DNA of 64,000 nt from Macrostomum hystrix (taxonomy: Eukaryota > Animalia > Platyhelminthes), in the NCBI GenBank assembly GCA_950097015.1, contig CATNEN010000024.1, positions 6,758,001 to 6,822,000 on the forward strand. Direction: 5' to 3'. The translations under genes and the position numbers were made by a program. The notes under the pieces were generated by a model, which saw only the letters and a list, made by a program, of their open reading frames with translations, was not told where the DNA came from and searched no databases. This document shows positions 37,542 through 48,800 of this stretch, piece by piece. How positions within the stretch are numbered: position 1 is the stretch's first letter; each line of letters opens with the position of its first letter.

Positions 37542-37769
37542 CTTTCGCACATAGTACATATTTTCGTCCACATTGGGCAGGCCAGGCGACATGCTAGCGG
37601 ACAGGAATCGAAATGGATTGCCAAGTCTAGAGGCAGCTGGCGACAGTGAAATCGAAGCGCTGGTTGAGTTGGACGACAAAGAGCTATTGTTGTGATTGGA
37701 CGATGGGCCGCCAATGCAGCTGCCTGGTGACGAAGACAGAGTCAACGATCTGCGCTTTGGAGACTGCAT
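37542..37769 (-). CDS. NOSTRIN: NOSTRIN-like F-BAR/SH3 protein, exon 1 (Ser-rich N-terminus to DENMYYVRK)
   Basis: ATG 37769, 76 codons to AAG|GTAATC donor (phase 0), in frame with the next exon. Confidence 0.7.
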
Positions 37770-40599
37770 AAAATTTCTGCCTTACTTGGTTTTAAAATAT
37801 GTCGTCTTTTTTATTTTCTTTAACCTTGCATTTGTATTTTAGTGAGAATGGTGAGCAAGTGGCTGCCAGTGCACTTGCAAATTTGTTAGTGTTGGTGTTA
37901 GCATAGCTTTTTTAACTTATAGATGGAAGTTAAAAGTTTGCTACCTTCATCTGTTTACACATTATGCTTGTTGATGGACAAGTAAACTGAAAAAATAGTG
38001 TTCTGCAAATTAAATTCTACATTTTTTAAAGAAAAAGAATAGATTAATAAAGCTTTTGTTTTAATTTCTAAGGGGCTGTGGGCACAAAGGAATGGTTTGA
38101 AGACAGTGAATTAGCAGCAATAGAGGCAATTTTGCTTCAAAACTAATTTTGGTGCCCATGTGCAAGCATATAGATATGTCACAGACGTGTTACTAACAAT
38201 TTTATATTTGAAATATAACTAGGCCTTGTAAGGCTGGCCATTATGGGCTTAAGTTGAAAAAAAACATTCAAGCCCTTTTTCTATATAGTTAGCTATTTTC
38301 CAAATTATGGCTATGCTAAGGATTCAAATAAAGAGACTCATACAGGTACAAGGCTTGCACATATTGTTCTTAATATAACCTCTCTTACCTTGGATAGCAA
38401 TACTAAATATAATAATTTTCAGCCCTTAGTCTAACAGAGTACTTTTATGAATTTTATTTATATAAAAACAAATTAGTATCTTCATCTTTATGTATATGTC
38501 AATAGAAGATACATATAATGACCATATAAATGAAAAGAAAATCTTAGAAAATACTACTAATTTTTTTATCTCAAGAAAATTAATCTATATAATGTCTTAA
38601 TGGCATAATATGACAGGGAAACCACTGAACCTCTAGCAAACAAAGATATCAAATGATATCAAATAGAGACATCCATAATCAGAGAGCAGCTGCCATGAGG
38701 CGTAAGTAACCATGCAAAAATACAAATTGCCTTAATGTTAAAAATCTACAAATTTCTCTAAATCTGGCCTAATTTAAAATTTCCTTGCAATTCGTTTTTC
38801 TCTTCCCTTTGTTTCATATTATTTTTTTCACTTCCTCCCATTAAGTATTTGTTTTGCAATAATTCATGAATAATGTTAGACCTTGATTTTGCTTTTACAT
38901 CTGATGAAAGCAATTTATTGGGAAAAAATAATCAGCACTCATTGATGGTGTGCACTAAAAAATACATTATAAATTAAGATACTACTTGTAACTGTAACCA
39001 TATTTACATATAGCATCAAAATGTACACACACATTACACATAAATTAGTTGGGGCAATTGCTAAGTTGTGATAAGCCAGGCCCTGGGCATACCAGGCTAG
39101 CCGATTATTTAAGTATATATGGGCTGAATGCCCAGTGAAAAAACGTGACCAATTTCAATCCCGAATGTGTTATAAAAATTTAAAGTCATTTATTTCAAAT
39201 AGCTATAAGCATTATATTGGTTTATTGGTCTGTCATTCAGTATAACAGATTTCAAACGATTCAGTATTTATATATAATAATAACGCACAAAACTAAGAAA
39301 GTAATTTCGAAAAAGGAAAACATACAAACAGAAAATTTTTTTTTTATGTTGAACTTTCATTCGTAAATTAATTGCTCGTGGAATTTATTATCATTGCTGC
39401 TAGTTGCTACATAGTAAAAAATTATTTAATTAAAATTTTCTCAATTCTCGGAAACATTTCAATGCTCAGTTGTCGCAGTAAAACAATTCAATACGTATAT
39501 TAAAGTAGCATTTGTGAAAAATCGCTCTAAAAATTGAAAATATATAATTTAATTTCTCTTAAAGTATTATTTATGTTCTTTAAGTGTCATTTTAAATACG
39601 AACTAACAGATGAAGTCGGCTGATGCCTTTTAATTGTATGCTGCATGTAGGGGACCGCAAGTTATACCTTGCCAGTGGGCTTGTGTATTGTCAAATTCAA
39701 TGTAGGACAGTACTTCTCTGCATGTATAATCTTTATGGCCTACATTTAGAAAGCGATCGTGATTATAGTTTGTAAATGCTTAAAAGATCGAGTAATCTCG
39801 AAGGCAATTACATCTTAAAAGAAGAGATATGCACACAATCTTTGACAAAAGAAGTGTTTGAAGGAGACAATTGACTCCTTATTGCTTGACGTACTTCAAA
39901 GCATTCGTCCCTTCTTTCCTTGTTATGGAGCTATTGTTATCATCTTCATTATCGTCGTCCAAGAAACATGTCACAAAAAGTGTCTTTATATACGAGAATT
40001 TAACCTTAATTAGGCATTCAGGCATCCTTCATATTCTTATGACTTGAATTTTATACAAAAAAGAAATTCAAGCCTCAAAAAGATAATCGGTTCGTTATAA
40101 CAAGTGCTGCCTATAACTTAAATCAGTTGCCAGCATTGCGCTACGTCGAAAGCACACAAATGTTCTGTGAGTCTATTAACTAGTGGAGCTTCACTGAAGA
40201 CAAGAAGCAGTACGAAGAGGTGAGGAATCAACTTCCAAAATCAGCCCACCTTTCGGAGTTAAGACCTTTAAGCCAGGAGCAAGTGCAGGTACAAAAAATG
40301 TGATTGATCGGCTGAAACAGCATGAAAAAAGCCAATTGAACAAATATATGTAGGCCCAACGAAAGGCTATGAGGCGACCTGATCTCACACAAGCGAGTTT
40401 CAAACACTTGAGTGAACTTAATTTCCGCTATTGTTTCAAAGAACGCCTACGAATTAGTATTTTACTTTATTTTCATTTCTCCCTACCGCTCTTTAGCTTC
40501 ATTGTGCATAGTCTTTTTGCAGTTCCAGCTAGCTTTCTCTCTTTCCATTGCCTCTCCATTTCACCCCCTTTGCATTTGCAACTCTCCCATTCTCCTATT

Positions 40600-42845
40600 T
40601 TCACATCGCATCTCACCTGTCTCACCTCTCACCCCCTGTCTCACCTCTCACCCCCTGTCTCACCTTTCCCCCTGTCTCACCTCTCACCCCTGTCTCACCT
40701 ATCGCCCCCTGTCTCAAATATCTCCCCCTGTCTCACATATCTCCCCCTGTCTGACATATCTCGCTATCTCACATATCTCCCGTCTCACAAATCTCCCTGT
40801 CTCACATATCTCCCCCTGTCTCACATATCTCCCCCTGTCTCACATATCTCCCTGTCTCACATATCTCCCCCTGTCTCACATATCTCCCCCTGTCTCACAT
40901 ATCTCCCCCTGTCTCACATATCTCCCCCTGTCTCACATATCTCCCCCTGTCTCACATATCTCCCCCTGTCTCACATATCTCCCCCTGTCTCACATATCTC
41001 CCCCTGTCTCACATATCTCCCCCTGTCTCACATATCTCCCCCTGTCTCACATATCTCCCCCTGTCTCACATATCTCCCCCTGTCTCACATATCTCCCCCT
41101 GTCTCACATATCTCCCCCTGTCTCACATATCTCCCCCTGTCTCACATATCTCCCCCTGTCTCACATATCTCCCCCTGTCTCACATATCTCCCCCTGTCTC
41201 ACATATCTCCCCCTGTCTCACATATCTCCCCCTGTCTCACATATCTCCCCCCTGTCTCACATATCTCACCCTGTCTCACATATCTCCCCCTGTCTCACAT
41301 ATCTCCCCCTGTCTCACATTTCTCCCTGTCTCACATATCTCCCCTGTATCACGTCTCTGCTCCTGTCTCAAATATCTCCCCCTGTCTCACCTCTCTCCCC
41401 CTGTCTCGCATCTCTCCCCCTGTCTCAAATATCTCCCCCTGTCTCACCTCTCTCCCCCTGTCTCGCATCTCTCCCCCTGTCTCAAATATCTCCCCCTGTC
41501 TCACCTCTCTCCCCCTGTCTCACATATCTCACCCTGTCTCACATATCTCCCCCTGTCTCACATATCTCCCCCTGTCTCACATATCTCCCCTTGTCTCAAA
41601 TATCTCCCCCCTGTCTCGCATATCTCCCCCTGTCTCACATATCTCCCCCTGTCTCACATTTCTCCCTGTCTCACATATCTCCCCTGTATCACGTCTCTGC
41701 TCCTGTCTCAAATATCTCCCCCTGTCTCACCTCTCTCCCCCTGTCTCGCATCTCTCCCCCTGTCTCAAATATCTCCCCCTGTCTCACCTCTCTCCCCCTG
41801 TCTCGCATCTCTCCCCCTGTCTCAAATATCTCCCCCTGTCTCACCTCTCTCCCCCTGTCTCACATATCTCACCCTGTCTCACATATCTCCCCCTGTCTCA
41901 CATATCTCCCCCTGTCTCACATATCTCCCCCTGTCTCACATATCTCCCCCTGTCTCACATATCTCCCCCTGTCTCACATATCTCCCCCTGTCTCACATAT
42001 CTCCCCCTGTCTCACATATCTCCCTGTCTCACATATCTCCCCTGTATCACATATCTCCCCCTGTCTCACATATCTCCCCCTGTCTCACATATCTCCCTGT
42101 CTCACATATCTCCCCCTGTCTCACATATCTCACCCTGTCTCACATATCTCCCCCTGTCTCACATATCTCCCCCTGTCTCACATATCTCCCCCTGTCTCAC
42201 ATATCTCCCCCCTGTCTCACATATCTCACCCTGTCTCACATATCTCCCCCTGTCTCACATATCTCCCCCTGTCTCACATTTCTCCCTGTCTCACATATCT
42301 CCCCTGTATCACGTCTCTGCTCCTGTCTCAAATATCTCCCCCTGTCTCACCTCTCTCCCCCTGTCTCGCATCTCTCCCCCTGTCTCAAATATCTCCCCCT
42401 GTCTCACCTCTCTCCCCCTGTCTCGCATCTCTCCCCCTGTCTCACATATCTCCCCTGTATCACGTCTCTGCTCCTGTCTCAAATATCTCCCCCTGTCTCA
42501 CCTCTCTTCCCCTGTCTCGCATCTCTCCCCCTGTCTCAAATATCTCCCCCTGTCTCACCTCTCTCCCCCTGTCTCGCATCTCTCCCCCTGTCTCAAATAT
42601 CTCCCCCTGTCTCAAATATCTCCCCCTGTCTCAAATATCTCCCCCTGTCTCACCTCTCTCCCCCTGTCTCGCATCTCTCCCCCTGTCTCAAATATCTCCC
42701 CCTGTCTCACATATCTCCCCCTGTCTCACATATCTCCCCTTGTCTCAAATATCTCCCCCCTGTCTCACTTATCTCCCCCGTCTCAGATATCTCCACCTGT
42801 CTCACTTATCTCCCCCGTCTCAGATATCTCCACCTGTCTCACCTT
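40600..42845. repeat. CT-rich minisatellite, 19-bp unit CCTGTCTCACATATCTCCC
   Basis: Tandem array; explains the 924 and 837 aa ORFs. Confidence 0.96.
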
Positions 42846-43384
42846 TTTACCTATCTCAATTTTCTCGCCTATCTCCATCGATCTCACCTATTCCCCTTCC
42901 TCTGAGTTCAGAGGCCATGTTTTGAGAAAAACACCTGATATTTGGGACGTCAGCTGCAAGGTACTCTCTGATTGGCCAGGCTGGCTTCAAACTGGCCCAA
43001 CTAAAGCCGCAATCCGCTCGATACGGGAGGGCGAGTCCAGGCGAAGCCAGAAGCCTCAAGAAGCATTCAACATCAGCTGCGCAATTATTTCCACGAATAA
43101 CTCATCGCCTAGAGAAAGTAAGTTACAAATATTGATCATCTAACCCACCCTAGCTGTCATTAATTTGTTAATATTATAACGACATTTGATCAATAATCTT
43201 CGTTGGTCAGTCACTGGCAAACAACTGAAAAAGCCTCTTAGACTGAAAAATTAATTTAAATTGAAAAAAGTAGAGTTCTATTCCCTCACTTCTACCCCCA
43301 ATTTGGCCTTTTAAAATCTCGCCCCTTCTGACTATTCTAAACCCTCCTATACTGGCTCTTTTTTCTTCTTCAGGCCCTTCTTTC

Positions 43385-44085
43385 CTTTACCCCTTCTCCC
43401 CTTCTCCCCTTCCCATCTCCCTTTCTCTCTTTTCTCGCTTTTCTCCCATTCTCCCCTTCTCCCGTTCTCCCCTTCACCAGTTCTTCCCTTCTCCCCTTGT
43501 CCCGTTCTCCCCTTCACCAGTTCTTCCCTTCTCCCCTTCTCCCATTAGGCCACTACCCTTCTCCCATTCTCCCCTTCTCCCATTCTCCCCTTCTCCCCTT
43601 CTCCCATTAGGCCACTACCCTTCTCCCATTCTCCCCTTCTCCCATTCTCCCCTTCTCCCCTTCTCCCCTTCTCCTCTTCTCCCCTTCTCCCCTTCTCCCC
43701 TTCTCCCCTTCTCCTCTTCTCCCCTTCTCCCCTTCTCCCCTTCTCCCCTTCTCCCCTTCTCCCCTTCTCCCCTTCTTCGATTCTCCCCTTCTCCCATTCT
43801 CCCATTCTCCCCTTCTCCCATTCTCACCTTCTCCCCTTCTCCCATTCCCCCTTCTCCCCTTCTCCCCTTCTCCCCTTCTCCCCTTCTTCGATTCTCCCCT
43901 TCTCCCATTCTCCCCTTCTCCCATTCTCATTTTCTCCCATTCTCTCTTCTCCCCTTCTCCCCTTCTTCGATTCTCCCCTTCTCCCATTCTCCCCTTCTCC
44001 CATTCTCACCTTCTCCCATTCTCTCTTCTCCCCTTCTCCCCTTCTCCCATTCCCCCTTCTCCCCTTCTCCCATTCTACCTTTCTT
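43385..44085. repeat. Polypyrimidine microsatellite (TTCTCCCC / TTCTCCCA)n
   Basis: 8-9-bp tandem units. Confidence 0.93.
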
Positions 44086-44574
44086 TCCCTTCTCTTCTGG
44101 TGCTTTTCTTCTTCTTGTCCTTCTTTCCATTCTCTCCTTTTTCCTAATTCTCCTCTTTTCCTTTTCCAAATATGCCCTTATCTTTAATTCAATCAATCGC
44201 CCTTCTACCACTTCTTCTCAGTATTTTTCTGCTATTTTCTTGCTAAGTTTTTTGCTGGCATCTTCACAATCCGAGCTGGGGGCAACTCATTAGGTCTACG
44301 AGCTACAGTGGGTTTGAGTGTCTCTGACACGCCATTAATTAGGCCACTCCCCGAAGCTTCGGAGCTTCCTGATTTGGTACCCAACTGGGAATATTGGCGT
44401 ACATATACGCTTCTATATTCCCCTTTATTTGCCCATGGTAGAAATTTTTACTCACAGACGAGTGTCGCACACTAATTTGACTTATTTTCATCTGCAATTA
44501 GACTTTCTATTGCGTAGCATTACTGTGTTGTTCAAACAAATATTTCTAATTAGTTGGATTATTAACACTATATT

Positions 44575-45690
44575 TTTTGTGAGGCCACAGTCCTAGCTGA
44601 CACCCTTATCAACTGGGTTTCAGGAGGCCGCTGCTGATGTGTGTGAGGCCACAGTCCTAGGCTGACAACCCTTATCAACTGGGGTGTCAGGAAGCTGCTG
44701 TGTGTGAGGCCACAGTCCTAGGCTGACAACCCTTATCAACTGGGGTGTCAGGAAGCTGCTGTGTGTGAGGCCACAGTCCTAGGCTGACAACCCTTATCAA
44801 CTGGGGTGTCAGGAAGCTGCTGTGTGTGAGGCCACAGTCCTAGGCTGACAACCCTTATCAACTGGGGTGTCAGGAAGCTGCTGTGTGTGAGGCCACAGCC
44901 ACAGTCCTAGGCTGACACCCTTATCAACTGGGGTGTCAGGAAGCTGCTACTGCTGTGTGTGAGGCCACAGTCCTAGGCTGACAACCCTTATCAACTGGGG
45001 TGTCAGGAAGCTGCTACTGCTGTGTGTGAGGCCACAGTCCTAGGCTGACAACCCTTATCAACTGGGGTGTCAGGAAGCTGCTGTGTGTGAGGCCACAGTC
45101 CTAGGCTGACAACCCTTATCAACTGGGGTGTCAGGAAGCTGCTGTGTGTGAGGCCACAGCCACAGTCCTAGGCTGACACCCTTATCAACTGGGGTGTCAG
45201 GAAGCTGCTACTGCTGTGTGTGAGGCCACAGTCCTAGGCTGACACCCTTATCAACTGGGGTGTCAGGAGGCTGCTGTGTGTGAGGCCACAGTCCTAGCTG
45301 ACACCCTTATCAACTGGGGTGTCAGGAAGCTGCTGTGTGTGAGGCCACAGTCCTAGGCTGACACCCTTATCAACTGGGGTGTCAGGAGGCTGCTGTGTGT
45401 GAGGCCACAGTCCTAGGCTGACACCCTTATCAACTGGGGTGTCAGGAAGCTGCTGTGTGTGAGGCCACAGTCCTAGCTGACACCCTTATCAACTGGGGTG
45501 TCAGGAAGCTGCTGTGTGTGAGGCCACAGTCCTAGGCTGACACCCTTATCAACTGGGGTGTCAGGAAGCTGCTGTGTGTGAGGCCACAGTCCTAGCTGAC
45601 ACCCTTATCAACTGGGGTGTCAGGAAGCTGCTGTGTGTGAGGCCACAGTCCTAGGCTGACACCCTTATCAACTGGGGTGTCAGGAGGCCG
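44575..45690. repeat. Minisatellite, 59-68-bp unit GTGTGTGAGGCCACAGTCCTAGGCTGACA(A)CCCTTATCAACTGGGGTGTCAGGAAGCTGCT, about 18 copies
   Basis: Tandem array; stop codons in all + frames; internal 9-bp hairpin in the CTGACACCC-type units. Confidence 0.95.
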
Positions 45691-46559
45691 CAGTTCCTCA
45701 GGTAGGAGCCAGCTCAGGTGTGCAAACTTTGGCGGCACGCAAAAGAGCCCAAAAGCTTTTGTTTGCCCTGATCAATTTTTTATAAAGTTTTAGTTTCACA
45801 AATTCATAGATCAACTCCCACGCTGTTGAATTTTCATTTAGTAACTAAAGGTTGGCGACTTCCTTCCTTCATTGAAATTGATTTCTGAATTGCCAAAAAA
45901 TGAATTTGATCTCCAAAGCGACTGCGGGAACGAAAATTTGGTGGTTGACACTGCTCAGGAAGTTGCATAAAAAGGGATTTACTGGCCAAAGTAAATTTTT
46001 GCGCGATGAAGATACAGGCTAATATTTACAAAGAAATTTGCCTAGAGTTCTTTACTCAGATATGTGCTCAAGGGAGACCTGGTCGCTTCTCTACGCTTCA
46101 GTCTACAGTCTTCATGAATTGTTAAAAAGGCCGGATCAGAAGTTGGAAAATATGTTTCTTCTTTGCCTGCGGACGCTTGCTTCTGAATGAAACATTTTAA
46201 ATGGAATAAGAGAGTCTTAGCACCTTTCAGAACATATGGGATAATTTTACTGGCGAGTCATAATTACAGTATTTTATTATTTGCGTCAGAAGCCAGTTGG
46301 AATGCACCCAGACACTTTCTCGTGCTTCTGGGAATTCTAGGCGGAGATGAAATCCATCCCTGAGAGAGAGAATTGGGGCAGCAGAGGATGTGGGAATAGG
46401 AAATGGATCCAGTACTGAACTTGGGAAAATAATTTTCCAGTAAGCCTAGACCGACAAAGATTCAGTGAGGATAAAATGCAGAAAAACACACGAGCGTTAG
46501 TGCAACGAGAGCTGAACGGAGCTGAAGCCGGGAGAAAAACATTTGAAGCAATTGAAGAG

Positions 46560-47657
46560 AGAGTCAGGTAGGGAGAAAGTGAGGGTCAGGTAGGGAGGAA
46601 GAGAGGGTCAGGTACGAAGGGTCGCGTAGGGAGGAAGAGAGGGTCAGGTACGAAGGGTCGCGTAGGGAGGAAGAGAGGGTCAGGTAGGGAGGAAAAGAGG
46701 GTCAGGTAGGGAGGAAAAGAGGGTCAGGTAGGGAGGAAGAGAGGGTCAGGTAGGGAGGAAGTGAGGATCAGGTAGGGAGGAAGTGAGGGTCATGTAGGGA
46801 GAAAGAGAGGGTCAGGTAGGGAGGAAGAGAGGGTCAGGTAGGGAGAAAGAGAGGGTCAGGTAGGGAGGAAGAGAGGGTCAGGTAGGGAGGAAGAGATGGT
46901 CAGGTAGGGAGAAAGTGAGGGTCAGGTAGGGAGGAAGAGAGGGTCATGTAGGGAGGAAGAGAGGGTCAGGTAGGGAGGAAGTGAGGGTCATGTAGGGAGG
47001 AAGAGAGGGTCAGGTAGGGAGGAAGAGAGGGTCAGGTAGGGAGGAAGAGAGGGTCAGGTAGGGAGGAAGTGAGGGTCATGTAGGGAGGAAGAGAGGGTCA
47101 GGTAGGGAGGAAGTGAGGGTCATGTAGGGAGGAAGTGAGGGTCAGGTAGGGAGGAAGAGAGGGTCAGGTAGGGAGAAAGAGAGGGTCAGGTAGGGAGGAA
47201 GAGAGGGTCAGGTAGGGAGGAAGAGATGGTCAGGTAGGGAGAAAGTGAGGGTCAGGTAGGGAGGAAGAGAGGGTCAGGTAGGGAGGAAGAGAGGGTCAGG
47301 TAGGGAGGAAGTGAGGGTCATGTAGGGAGGAAGAGAGGGTCAGGTAGGGAGGAAGAGAGGGTCAGGTAGGGAGGAAGAGAGGGTTAGGTAGGGAGGAAGT
47401 GAGGGTCATGTAGGGAGGAAGAGAGGGTCAGGTAGGGAGGAAGTGAGGGTCATGTAGGGAGGAAGTGAGGGTCAGGTAGGGAGGAAGTGAGGGTCATGTA
47501 GGGAGGAAGAGAGGGTCAGGTAGGGAGGAAGTGAGGGTCATGTAGGGAGGAAGAGAGGGTCAGGTAGGGAGGAAGTGAGGGTCAGGTAGGGAGGAAGAGA
47601 GGGTCAGGTAGGGAGGAAGTGAGGGTCAGGTAGGGAGGAAGAGAGGGTCAGGTAGGC
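46560..47657. repeat. Minisatellite, 22-bp unit GGGTCAGGTAGGGAGGAAGAGA, about 49 copies
   Basis: Tandem array; most units contain CAG|GTAGGG. Confidence 0.96.
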
Positions 47658-48182
47658 AGATTCAGTTTAAGGATGGAGTGCCGGAGGAAATAAACTGTTT
47701 AGGAAGATCATGGAGTCGTGGGATGAGTAGTGAAATGCAGAGAATGTCTCTAGCTCATAGGGCTCTCCTAGAAGCAGAACTGGCATACCCAGCCCAGGAA
47801 TCCAAAAAGCGAAAACAAAAGCAGCTCCGTCTGCTCACTGCAATCTGTCGCAGCTTTTGCGAAGGCTTGGCTGCAGATTCAACAATGAGGCTGGCGACCC
47901 ATTGAAAATTCTGGCAGAGTGGAAGCCCGCGACTTGGCATTGGCCCAGCTCTTTTTTACTCTCCGAGTTTTTTTGCTAGAATCGGATAAATTTAGGGCGA
48001 AACAATGGCAGGCAGTTCATGAGATACTGGCTGAAATCTGACTCGAGCGACCCACAAATAGACAGATGGAACAGGCTATGGAAAGTTTTTCAAAATGTAA
48101 TAACGAGAAAATTTCTGAATGTAACCCAGATAATAAATAATTCCTAATGTCTAAATAAAATTCACTCAAGCGCGACTAGAGT

Positions 48183-48758
48183 ATAGAATGGAATAGAATG
48201 GAATAGAATGGAATAGAATGGAATAGAATGGAATAGAATGGAATAGAATGGAATAGAATGGAATAGAATGGAATAGAATGGAATAGAATGGAATAGAATG
48301 GAATAGAATGGAATAGAATGGAATAGAATGGAATAGAATGGAATAGAATGGAATAGAATGGAATAGAATGGAATAGAATGGAATAGAATGGAATAGAATG
48401 GAATAGAATGGAATAGAATGGAATAGAATGGAATAGAATGGAATAGAATGGAATAGAATGGAATAGAATGGAATAGAATGGAATAGAATGGAATAGAATG
48501 GAATAGAATGGAATAGAATGGAATAGAATGGAATAGAATGGAATAGAATGGAATAGAATGGAATAGAATGGAATAGAATGGAATAGAATGGAATAGAATG
48601 GAATAGAATGGAATAGAATGGAATAGAATGGAATAGAATGGAATAGAATGGAATAGAATGGAATAGAATGGAATAGAATGGAATAGAATGGAATAGAATG
48701 GAATAGAATGGAATAGAATGGAATAGAATGGAATAGAATGGAATAGAATGGAATAGAA
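48183..48758. repeat. Perfect decamer satellite (GAATGGAATA)n, about 57 copies, ending 42 bp before the GPCR ATG
   Basis: No variant units seen. Confidence 0.98.
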
Positions 48759-48800
48759 AATCATATCTCATCCCAATATCTTCCGCCGCACCCAGCAGCC

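Noticed and set aside
40369-43143. 924 and 837 aa ORFs
   Set aside because: Translation of the CT-rich 19-bp array.
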